From positions 128,001-192,000 of the forward strand of contig JBITAJ010000022.1 in assembly GCA_044440125.1 (NCBI GenBank): a stretch of 64,000 nt of DNA, read 5' to 3'. Positions within the stretch are counted from its first letter, which is position 1, and every line of letters starts with the position of its first letter. Below are positions 30,722 through 39,492 of the stretch, in pieces. Made by a program: the position numbers and the translations under genes. The DNA is from Sedimentisphaeraceae bacterium JB056 (GTDB lineage: Bacteria > Planctomycetota > Phycisphaerae > Sedimentisphaerales > Sedimentisphaeraceae). The notes beneath the pieces were generated by a model, which was given only the letters and a program-made list of their open reading frames with translations, searched no databases and had not been told where the DNA came from.

Positions 30722-32085
30722 TACTCATACCTCAAAATCTTTACAGGTTTAATTGCCGCAGCAATAACTGCAGGTATGATCGATCCAATTAATGCCGCCA
30801 TTATTGCAACGAATACAATTTTAAACGCCATGTTCCAGTCAACCTGATTAGGAATTCTACTAAACATATAGACACTGCTCTTCCATATATTAAGCCCAAG
30901 AGCCGTGCTTATCCATCTCTCTATCGCATTGATATTGACGGTAAATATCCTACCGGCCCACAACCCTAAAGCACCTCCTAAAACACCTACCACAAGCCCA
31001 AACTGTAAGAATATAGAGGCGACAGAAAAGTTTCCAGCACCACAACTTCTGATTATAGCTATATCCTTCTGTCGTGTAAGAACAAGCATATAAAATATGC
31101 AGCATATAAGAAGTATCACACCGCCGCTTACAATACCAAATATAACCATCAGAATATCCATCTGTTTACGGTATTCAGCTATCATAGATGCCGTTATATC
31201 GCTCGTAGGTCGAATATCAGTGAACGAAACAAGCGAGCTGCTCCAGCCCATTTGCGAAACAGCAAACTCACTGAAACATTCTTCAACTCTCTCAAGTATG
31301 CTGTCCATATCAACGTTCTGGTCAACTTTGATCTGAATAGTATCAGCGATCACACCCTTAGAAGAAAGTGAAGGGTAGAGTTTTGCCGAGAGTTCTTCAA
31401 TTGGTAGATAGATGCTTTCCGTATCAAACTGATCAACACCACTATAGGCAACATCACATATAGTGAAAGGTATATTAACTCTCCTAAGCGACCTGATGTC
31501 TTGCTTGACGCCTTCACCCGCATCCATTGAGCCTGTCATCAGAACAGCTTTTGAGCCAACGAAACTATTGACAAAGTCCATATCATATTCATCAGTTTTA
31601 GAATCCGGTGTAGCCAATACTCCTATTCCGACATACCCATAAACGGCATCGGTTTTCGTTTGTTCATCAGGATAAAAATCTGGAGCAGATTCACTGTCGC
31701 CCTGAAGAATAAGAGAAGCTTTTATGTCGGTTACACTTGCCTGCGTTGAAGGATCGATCCCCCAAACTGTCACCTTTCTAACATCACCTTTACCAAGCAG
31801 CAAAAGCCCTTGCGTGGATACTATGGGGGTTGAAGCTTCTATCCCTTCAATAGTATTCAGTTCAGAGATCAGTTTTCTGCTGTAAGTTATTTTGGTCGTA
31901 GGATAAGGCTGAATCAGAATATCACCAAGGTGGTCGGATGCTGCATTTTCAAGTGCACCTATGAAACCAACAAACAGAGAAGATATACATATCAGCAATG
32001 CGGAAGATAACGCCACGGCCAGAATACTCAATACTACTATTCTGGTTCTTAAAAGATATTTGATCGTTAGAATTAAACTAAGCAT
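30721..32085 (-). CDS. LolC/E (MacB/FtsX-type) ABC permease
   Basis: Same topology; KDIAIIRSCGA, Y.F..IP, PVKILRYE; TAATG overlap with the next gene. Confidence 0.87.
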   Translation of the reverse strand: MLSLILTIKYLLRTRIVVLSILAVALSSALLICISSLFVGFIGALENAASDHLGDILIQPYPTTKITYSRKLISELNTIEGIEASTPIVSTQGLLLLGKGDVRKVTVWGIDPSTQASVTDIKASLILQGDSESAPDFYPDEQTKTDAVYGYVGIGVLATPDSKTDEYDMDFVNSFVGSKAVLMTGSMDAGEGVKQDIRSLRRVNIPFTICDVAYSGVDQFDTESIYLPIEELSAKLYPSLSSKGVIADTIQIKVDQNVDMDSILERVEECFSEFAVSQMGWSSSLVSFTDIRPTSDITASMIAEYRKQMDILMVIFGIVSGGVILLICCIFYMLVLTRQKDIAIIRSCGAGNFSVASIFLQFGLVVGVLGGALGLWAGRIFTVNINAIERWISTALGLNIWKSSVYMFSRIPNQVDWNMAFKIVFVAIMAALIGSIIPAVIAAAIKPVKILRYE

Positions 32086-32107
32086 CCAGTTCCCTTAGGT
32101 AAGGATA

Positions 32108-33049
32108 TCATTGATTGGAATGTTTCATTTCATACGCATTCACAATGTTCTGCACGAGGCTATGTCGCACTATATCACCCTTTTCCAGCTTGACAAATCC
32201 AATACCATCAATATCTTTCAATGTATTGACTGCATCATTAAGACCGCTCATCTCTCCTCTCTGGAGGTCTACCTGAGTCATGTCACCGGTCACTATCATT
32301 TTAGAGTTTCTGCCAAGACGGGTCAAAAACATCATCATTTGTGAAGGAGTTGTATTCTGAGCTTCATCACAAATAATAACCGCATCATTGAGTGTACGAC
32401 CTCGCATAAAAGCAAGCGGTATTATCTCAATTATATCGAGATCTATAAACTTCTTCATCTGTGCATAATCCATCATATCCTCAAGAGCATCAAAGAGAGG
32501 ACGTAAATACGGATTAACCTTAGCCTCTATATCGCCGGGGAGAAAGCCAAGTCTTTCACCTGCCTCAACAGCAGGCCTTACAAGAACTATCTTTCTTATG
32601 AGTCTTTTCTTAAGCATTGAAGCGGCGACTGCAACAGCCAAATATGTCTTACCGGTTCCTGCCGGCCCCGTACAAAAAACAAGATCATTCTTGTTCATTT
32701 TATCAACATAATCAAGCTGGCCAGTTGTGAAAGGCTGTATGACATCCTTGGGAGAAAAAACACGTATTGCCTTTGCCTCAAAGTCTTCAGTTGATTTACT
32801 TACTGCAACTATAATAGAATTGACGTCATCACGGCTAAGCGACTTCTTCTTGCCCAAATGTCTCTGCATACGCTCAATTGCCTTGATCGCCTTTGAGATA
32901 CCGGGATTTTCTCCATTGACATATATGATATTGCTTCTGGCTGAAACCTGAACACCATAGGTCGCTCTCAAAAGCCTTAAAAACTCATCAGTAGGCCCGA
33001 ACAACTGTGTTTTATCAATACCAGGATTAAGTTCAACTTGATTTTCCAA
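32108..33049 (-). CDS. phoH: PhoH family ATPase
   Basis: GPAGTGKT, RPAVEAGE.LGFLPG, MRGRT, DEAQN, GD..Q.DL. Confidence 0.95.
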   Translation of the reverse strand: MENQVELNPGIDKTQLFGPTDEFLRLLRATYGVQVSARSNIIYVNGENPGISKAIKAIERMQRHLGKKKSLSRDDVNSIIVAVSKSTEDFEAKAIRVFSPKDVIQPFTTGQLDYVDKMNKNDLVFCTGPAGTGKTYLAVAVAASMLKKRLIRKIVLVRPAVEAGERLGFLPGDIEAKVNPYLRPLFDALEDMMDYAQMKKFIDLDIIEIIPLAFMRGRTLNDAVIICDEAQNTTPSQMMMFLTRLGRNSKMIVTGDMTQVDLQRGEMSGLNDAVNTLKDIDGIGFVKLEKGDIVRHSLVQNIVNAYEMKHSNQ

Positions 33050-33066
33050 AATTCATCCTCCCATGT

Positions 33067-33930
33067 CTAAATGAAAATAGAGAAAAACAGATATGCCAAA
33101 GGGGCTGCAGCAACAGGCGAATCAACTATATCCAAAACCCCTCCAAAGCCCGGCACTTTCGAGCCAGAATCCTTAAGTCCACTATCTCGCTTTACCATTG
33201 ACTCTGCAAGATCACCAAGTTGCCCAGCAAAAGCAAAGATAACGCCAAACAAAGCACCTTCGGGCCATATCAAGCCATCAACCACACTCGAAAACAATGA
33301 GCCGACCGCAGCTGCAAAGAGGCATGCCCCAGCCATCCCTTCCCATGTTTTACCTGGACTGATTCGGGGTGCAAATTTATGCTTGCCAAACAGCCTGCCT
33401 AAAGTATACGCACCTATATCCGAGGACTTAACTGTAAATACGTAGGTTAGAAGCACTGCAAGGCCAAAATCAATTCGCATGGCCATTACAAAACCGCTCA
33501 AAAAGCCCAAATACATAATTGAAAGAAGAGTTGCTCCACAATTCCGTATTGTTGATTCAGTACCGTTTTTCCTTGCCTGATAAAAAAAACTTCCAAGAAC
33601 GGCGGCAGACAAGACCGTCATCTGCAACCAGAAAACCAAGCAAATGTAAGAAGTGCCAAACTCCGGAGCAAACTGACCTATGAAAAAACTTACCGACAAT
33701 AAAATTGATGCCGGAATCGATATCGGGAGGAACACCGCACATCCTTTTTGCTGACATAAAGCCGTCATTTCAAACTGGGCAGGAATAGCCACCAAGCCAA
33801 CAAGAACAGCGAAAATAATACCTGATATATGGGACTGCCCATAGTCAACCACTATCTTTCCGTCAAAATAAAGCATTACAGAAAGCAAGGCGATCATAAT
33901 TGCGCCAAATATCAACCGGTGTTTAAGCAT
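33067..33930 (-). CDS. cdsA: Phosphatidate cytidylyltransferase
   Basis: SDIGAY..G, ISPGKTWEG, GDLAESMVKR, KDSG..PG.GG.LD. Confidence 0.95.
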   Translation of the reverse strand: MLKHRLIFGAIMIALLSVMLYFDGKIVVDYGQSHISGIIFAVLVGLVAIPAQFEMTALCQQKGCAVFLPISIPASILLSVSFFIGQFAPEFGTSYICLVFWLQMTVLSAAVLGSFFYQARKNGTESTIRNCGATLLSIMYLGFLSGFVMAMRIDFGLAVLLTYVFTVKSSDIGAYTLGRLFGKHKFAPRISPGKTWEGMAGACLFAAAVGSLFSSVVDGLIWPEGALFGVIFAFAGQLGDLAESMVKRDSGLKDSGSKVPGFGGVLDIVDSPVAAAPLAYLFFSIFI

Positions 33931-34010
33931 ATATAATCCCCATTAATAAATTCGCCATTGGATGCACATCAAAATACTGCAACCCACTAACATCAACATA
34001 CAAATCCCTT

Positions 34011-34046
34011 AAATTAAACAGCCTCCCCGATAAAACGAGAAGGCTG
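34011..34046 (-). terminator. Intrinsic terminator after asd
   Basis: CAGCCTTCTCG-loop-CGGGGAGGCTG followed by a T-rich tail. Confidence 0.7.
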
Positions 34047-34067
34047 CAAAACATTTTGAAAGGGTCT

Positions 34068-35075
34068 TTAGTTTTTAATCATAGTTTCAGCGATCTGAAG
34101 TGCATTAAGTGCCGCACCTTTACGAATCTGATCGCCGCAAATCCAGATATTAATACCTTTGTTATCAGGAAGAGATTCGTCCTGTCTTATGTGACCAACA
34201 TAAACGTCATCATTTCCATCAGCATCCAGAGGCATAGGAAAACGATTATTTTCAAAATCGTCAAGCAACGTTACACCTGGAGCATCTTTCAGTATATCCC
34301 TAACCTCTTGCGGAGTTATAGGGTTTTCAAACTCAAGGTTGATGCTCTCACTATGAGCTCTCATTACAGGAACACGCACACATGTACATGTAATTCCAAT
34401 ACAATCGCAAGAGAATATCTTACGTGTTTCATTAAGCATCTTCATCTCTTCTTCATTGTATCCATTAGGCTTGAGAGGAGAATTGTGACAGAAGAGATTG
34501 AAAGCGATTTGGTAAGGAAACGCTTTAGGCTCAGCAGCTTTACCATCAAGGACATCACGGCTCTGGTCAGCAAGTTCATTCATTGCAGTAACACCAGCAC
34601 CACTTGCCGCCTGATATGTACTTACAATCATACGGTTTACAGGATTAGCTTTGTGAAGCGGCCAAACCGGAACTACCGCAATAATTGTTGAGCAATTCGG
34701 ATTTGCTATTATACCCTTGTGGTTTTCAATCGCTTCAGGGTTAACCTCCGGAACCACCAAAGGTACTTCCGGGTCCATACGAAAGGCTGAGGAATTGTCA
34801 ATCATAACTGCGCCAGCATCCACTACCGCCTGAGCAAATTCCTTACTTCGGCCACCACCAGCACTAAAAAGGGCAATATCAACGCCTTCAAAGCTATCTT
34901 TTGTAAGCTCTTCTACCGTATATTCTTTACCCATAAATTCTATTTTTTTGCCCGCTGAACGACTGCTTGCAAGCATTTTTAACGAATCAAACTTAAAATT
35001 TCTCTGCTCGATAAGACGCAGAAATTCCTGCCCTACAGCACCAGTTACACCGGCAATAGCAAGATTACATCCCAT
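34068..35075 (-). CDS. asd: Aspartate-semialdehyde dehydrogenase
   Basis: GVTGAVG, DNSSAFRM, ANPNCST, YQAASGAG, CVRVPV.RAHSE, RKGAALN. Confidence 0.97.
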   Translation of the reverse strand: MGCNLAIAGVTGAVGQEFLRLIEQRNFKFDSLKMLASSRSAGKKIEFMGKEYTVEELTKDSFEGVDIALFSAGGGRSKEFAQAVVDAGAVMIDNSSAFRMDPEVPLVVPEVNPEAIENHKGIIANPNCSTIIAVVPVWPLHKANPVNRMIVSTYQAASGAGVTAMNELADQSRDVLDGKAAEPKAFPYQIAFNLFCHNSPLKPNGYNEEEMKMLNETRKIFSCDCIGITCTCVRVPVMRAHSESINLEFENPITPQEVRDILKDAPGVTLLDDFENNRFPMPLDADGNDDVYVGHIRQDESLPDNKGINIWICGDQIRKGAALNALQIAETMIKN

Positions 35076-35225
35076 AATAATTATAGCTCCAAATTGAAGT
35101 TAACATATTTGTCTTTGCGCAATGCGCACAACAAATATCAAATGATATAATAATATCGGCAAAAAATCAATAATAAATCTGCTATAAACAAGTTATAATC
35201 AAATTATCCACATCCCTCAGCAAGC

Positions 35226-36101
35226 TTATCCTAAAACTTTTATACTGTAGCTACACGAAAATTGTTTGCCCGGATTAAGCAATTCTATACCCTCTTTCTC
35301 AGTAATATCACCCTCAAAACCTTTGACATCGTCATACCCCAGCCATGGTTCTATGCATATGAACGGTGCATCTTCAGATTTTGTCCACAACCCAAGATGT
35401 TTGAATCCAGCAAAGTCTATTTCAAGCCTCCGCCCTCTTTTGCGACTGCATAAATAAAGTCGCGACGAGTTCAACTGCTTGAATACCAAAGCATCATCCT
35501 TGAACATATGACGATCAAGAGTTAATAAGTCCTGATTTTCCAGATATTTTGGTTCACACTTAGCAAGCAAGTCGTCAACTATTCTCCAACAATCCGCCGT
35601 TTCATTTCTGTCAAATTCGATATAATAATCCGAGAATTTCTCATCCTCATCTAACGGACAGTTAAAGCCAGGATGTGCTCCCAGAGAAAAACACATAACC
35701 TTTTCATCTGAATTTGTTACGGTAAAACAAATTTCGAGACAATTCTCTACGAGCTTGTATTCTACATCAAAAAGGAATTTATAAGGATAAACGGAATATG
35801 TATAATCAGAATCAGCAATCCGGTATCTGAGATTAGTACCACAATGCTCTATCAATTCAAATTCGGTCTTCCTCGCAAACCCATGCTTAGGCATATCAAA
35901 TATCTGCCCATCTATTACAAGTCCTTGTTTTCTTATTCGCCCCACTACAGGAAACAGTATTGGACTTTGCCCATTCCAATATTTTGCGTCTCCAGTCCAC
36001 AAAAACTCTTTGTTATTTTTAAGCTGTTTCAACGAACAAAGTTCTGCACCTTCTGTCTTAACATCAACGCTTAAAAAATCATTTGAAATACTATTAATCA
36101 T
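35226..36101 (-). CDS. Aldose 1-epimerase family protein (LacX-like)
   Basis: GAEL.S, P.LFP.VG, KHGFAR, GAHPGF, FICIEPW. Confidence 0.9.
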   Translation of the reverse strand: MINSISNDFLSVDVKTEGAELCSLKQLKNNKEFLWTGDAKYWNGQSPILFPVVGRIRKQGLVIDGQIFDMPKHGFARKTEFELIEHCGTNLRYRIADSDYTYSVYPYKFLFDVEYKLVENCLEICFTVTNSDEKVMCFSLGAHPGFNCPLDEDEKFSDYYIEFDRNETADCWRIVDDLLAKCEPKYLENQDLLTLDRHMFKDDALVFKQLNSSRLYLCSRKRGRRLEIDFAGFKHLGLWTKSEDAPFICIEPWLGYDDVKGFEGDITEKEGIELLNPGKQFSCSYSIKVLG

Positions 36102-36134
36102 GATAAACTTTCAAACCATCTAATTATTTAAATT

Positions 36135-36172
36135 AAAAAAACGGCAACAAGTTACGAAACCTGATGCCGCTG
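36135..36172 (-). terminator. Intrinsic terminator
   Basis: GCGGCATCAGGTT-loop-AACTTGTTGCCGT followed by a T run. Confidence 0.7.
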
Positions 36173-36194
36173 TTTTCGATATATTATACTCAAA

Positions 36195-36620
36195 TCATTG
36201 CTGTGGAGGCTGTTGATTATTACTCATATTAACCTCACGGCAAACGATTCTTCTTTCACCGAGCAGACAGTTATTAGCATAAAGCTGGAATCTGTATTCT
36301 CCTGGCTCAGGGAAAACGATGCCTTGCATTCTTAAGGCAAGAGTCAATACATGCCTTACATCCCTGAAATCAACACTCTTTTTCTGCTGAAAAAGAATCC
36401 TATCATCTTCTTCAAGATCTACAAGACGAATTTCCACTTCAGTTTCACCGTGACCATTTGTCAGCTCACAAAAGAACACAAGCTCTGAGTGGCGTACCGG
36501 GAACTGAGGAGCATTAACCATCTGAACAATATTTATAACACTGGGCATTCCTGTTATACGATCAAATATAACTCTGTCACAGGTTATAGCAGAAAGCAAA
36601 ATTGGCGGTATTTCCGACAT
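36195..36620 (-). CDS. DUF6941-like beta-sandwich protein
   Basis: CD.VI.D..TG, FP, LTNGHG, FPEPGEY. Start placed at the ATG at 36620, after a GGAG RBS. Confidence 0.65.
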   Translation of the reverse strand: MSEIPPILLSAITCDRVIFDRITGMPSVINIVQMVNAPQFPVRHSELVFFCELTNGHGETEVEIRLVDLEEDDRILFQQKKSVDFRDVRHVLTLALRMQGIVFPEPGEYRFQLYANNCLLGERRIVCREVNMSNNQQPPQQ

Positions 36621-36663
36621 TATAATTCTCCCATTATTCAGATATATCGGTATCATTAACGAT

Positions 36664-36692
36664 TAAAATGGCGGGCCTTACAGACCCGCCAT
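36664..36692 (-). terminator. Intrinsic terminator after pnp
   Basis: ATGGCGGG-loop-CCCGCCAT followed by TTT. Confidence 0.75.
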
Positions 36693-36703
36693 CGAATCAT
36701 TAA

Positions 36704-38824
36704 TTATTCATTGCTATCTTCTTTGCCCTCTTGACCGTCGAGCTCTTCAAGAGCTTTTTTGCGTGAGAACTTGATTCGACCCATCTTATCGATCTCATAA
36801 AGCTTAACAGGCATTATATCGCCGACCTTACATATCTTGCTGGCATCCTTAACAAATCCATCGCTAAGTTCGCTAATATGACAAAGTCCTTCAACACCTG
36901 GAGCGATTTCGACAAACACACCAAAATCCTTAATTGAAACAACCTTGGCATTAGGATACAAGGCTCCTAATTCTGGTTTAGCCGTCATAGCCTCAATTAT
37001 ACTGTAGGCCTCTTTATCACCGTTACCTTCAGAACAGCTTATCACTACCTTGCCATCATCAGAAATTTCGATAACAGTACCGGTTTCTTCCTGAATACGT
37101 TTGATAGTCGCTCCACCAGGACCGATAAGCTTACCGATGAACTCAGGATCGATATAGATACTGGTAAGTTTTGGTGCATATTTGCTAAGATCTGTACGTG
37201 GAGCATCAATAGCCTGCCCCATCGTTTCAAGAATCTGAAGTCGTGCTTTGCGTGCTCTTTCGAGTGTTTCAACAAGAATACTATGAGGCAAACCTTGAGC
37301 TTTAAGGTCAAGCTGGATAGCTGTGATACCATCTTCAGTACCTGCCACTTTAAAGTCCATATCGCCAAAGTGATCTTCTTCACCAAGAATATCAGTAATG
37401 AGCTGATAGCCATTTTCATCACTTACCATACCGACTGAAATGCCTGCTACAGGTTTTTCCATTGGAACACCTGCATCAAGCAGAGCAAGAGTACCGCCAC
37501 AAACAGAGGCCATTGAGCTTGAACCGTTTGAACCTGTAATATCAGATACTACCTTGATAGTGTATGGAAAATCTTCTGAACTTGGAGCAACAGCTTCGAG
37601 AGCCTTTTCTGCCAAGGCACCGTGACCAATCTCACGTCTTCCCGGGCCACGTACAGGGCGTACCTCACCAACTGAATACGGCGGGAAGTTATAGTGGAGC
37701 ATGAAGTTTTGACCAAACTCATCATGTATACCATCTATTATCTGCTCATCACGACCAGTACCAAGAATAATTGAAATGAGGGCCTGAGTCTCTCCACGAC
37801 TAAATAATGCTGAGCCGTGAACACGTGGTATAAGACCAACTTCGCAACTCAACGGTCTAACTGTATCATAATCACGACCATCAGGACGACGACCGCTTCT
37901 GATAAGCTTACGAACAACCTCTTCTTCAATACGATCAAGCATACGCTTCATATCAGAAACTGTAGAACGCGGCTCTTCGCACTCGCAATATTTTTCAATC
38001 ATCTCATTTGAGATCGCTTTCATTGCGGCATTACGCTCAAGCTTCGCATCAATATGCTTAGCGTCTATCATACGCTGCTCAACAAGCTCTTTCACTTCTT
38101 TATTAAGTTCAGGATCAAGTTCGCGAAGAACACAAACTTTCTCTTTTCCACATTTTGACTGAAGCTCTGTGATCATATCACAAACTTCACCAATCCATTT
38201 GTGTGCCTCAAGCACTGCTTCAGACATAGCATCTTCTTTGATCTGCTTTGCGGCAACTTCGATCATATTGATCTCTTCTTTGCGTCCGCCAAGCATAAGA
38301 TTCAAATCACTGTTTTCCATTTGTGAGCGAGTTGGAAACGCTACAAACTTACCGTCAATACGGCCAAGCTTACAAGCTGCAAGCGGCCCCTGGAAAGGTA
38401 TGCTGCTTATGCACAATGCCGCACTTGATGCTATTATCGCCAATACATCAGGATCATTTTCCTTGTCAGCACTGAGAACGTTAACCATTATCTGTACTTC
38501 TTCAAAGTAGTCAGCAGGAAAAAGCGGTCTGATAGGCCTGTCGATACAACGTGCGATAAGAATCTCTCTTGAACTTGGGCGTCCCTCACGCTTCATGAAT
38601 CCGCCGGGGAATTTACCCGCAGCAACCTGACGCTCTCTGTAGTCTACACTTAGTGGGAAAAAGTCAATGCCTTCTCTGGCCTCTCCACCACACGCTGAAG
38701 CCAAAAGCATTGTTTCACCATAGGTAACAATGACAGCGCCATCAGCTTGATTTGCAATTCTTCCTGTTTCGATGGTCAACATTTGACCAGCAATTTCTCT
38801 TTCTACTTTTGTAATCTTATTCAT
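36704..38824 (-). CDS. pnp: Polyribonucleotide nucleotidyltransferase
   Basis: FFPLSVDY, R.IDRPIRPLF, RREIGHG, SNGSSSMAS, GDMDFKVAG; KH and S1 domains. Confidence 0.97.
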   Translation of the reverse strand: MNKITKVEREIAGQMLTIETGRIANQADGAVIVTYGETMLLASACGGEAREGIDFFPLSVDYRERQVAAGKFPGGFMKREGRPSSREILIARCIDRPIRPLFPADYFEEVQIMVNVLSADKENDPDVLAIIASSAALCISSIPFQGPLAACKLGRIDGKFVAFPTRSQMENSDLNLMLGGRKEEINMIEVAAKQIKEDAMSEAVLEAHKWIGEVCDMITELQSKCGKEKVCVLRELDPELNKEVKELVEQRMIDAKHIDAKLERNAAMKAISNEMIEKYCECEEPRSTVSDMKRMLDRIEEEVVRKLIRSGRRPDGRDYDTVRPLSCEVGLIPRVHGSALFSRGETQALISIILGTGRDEQIIDGIHDEFGQNFMLHYNFPPYSVGEVRPVRGPGRREIGHGALAEKALEAVAPSSEDFPYTIKVVSDITGSNGSSSMASVCGGTLALLDAGVPMEKPVAGISVGMVSDENGYQLITDILGEEDHFGDMDFKVAGTEDGITAIQLDLKAQGLPHSILVETLERARKARLQILETMGQAIDAPRTDLSKYAPKLTSIYIDPEFIGKLIGPGGATIKRIQEETGTVIEISDDGKVVISCSEGNGDKEAYSIIEAMTAKPELGALYPNAKVVSIKDFGVFVEIAPGVEGLCHISELSDGFVKDASKICKVGDIMPVKLYEIDKMGRIKFSRKKALEELDGQEGKEDSNE

Positions 38825-39048
38825 TCATCTATTCCTTCATTAATTACATCAGACAGACGCCTACATTTCGGAATTCTACTTACTTCTCAAATCCCGCATA
38901 TTAAATTATGTCTGCCGCCGGACACATCCGACCTAAACTTCTTTATCTAAACCGCACAAGCGGTAAAATGCAAAGAGACACAGACAGTTCGACCATATGG
39001 TCACCGCCTGCGTCTCTATATTTTTCGTTAAGAAGACCTGCTCCCAAA

Positions 39049-39315
39049 TTACTTACGCAGGCCAAGCTTGCTGATTATAGCTCTATAACGATTAACATCC
39101 TTTTTGCTGAGATATTTCAACAATGACGCTCTCGTCGCTACCATTTTCAGCAGTCCTCGACGTGAAGCATGATCCTTTTTATGATCCTTAAGGTGACCTG
39201 TAAGTTCATTAATCCTTGATGTAAGGATGGCAATCTGAACTTCAGGAGAACCTGTATCCTTGTCATTGATCTTATTTTCTTCAATAACCTGCTGCTTTAC
39301 TTCTTTAGCTATCAT
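39049..39315 (-). CDS. rpsO: 30S ribosomal protein S15
   Basis: [28 protein letters not shown]; upstream of pnp. Confidence 0.98.
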   Translation of the reverse strand: MIAKEVKQQVIEENKINDKDTGSPEVQIAILTSRINELTGHLKDHKKDHASRRGLLKMVATRASLLKYLSKKDVNRYRAIISKLGLRK

Positions 39316-39427
39316 TTAACTAAAACCTTTCATTACAATCACTTAAAACCATTCACCTATAGCTGCGCAGCAACGCACTGCCCGGCTAAGCTAAGCATTT
39401 CAAGTAAATTATCTACTTACGGGGGCA

Positions 39428-39455
39428 ATTATAACGAATAAATTATATATTGCAA
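39428..39455 (-). promoter_or_regulatory. Putative sigma70 promoter of rpsO-pnp
   Basis: TTGCAA-N16-TATAAT. Confidence 0.55.
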
Positions 39456-39492
39456 CAAAAAATAAGTACCGCCTTGGGCTGTAAACTCAATC

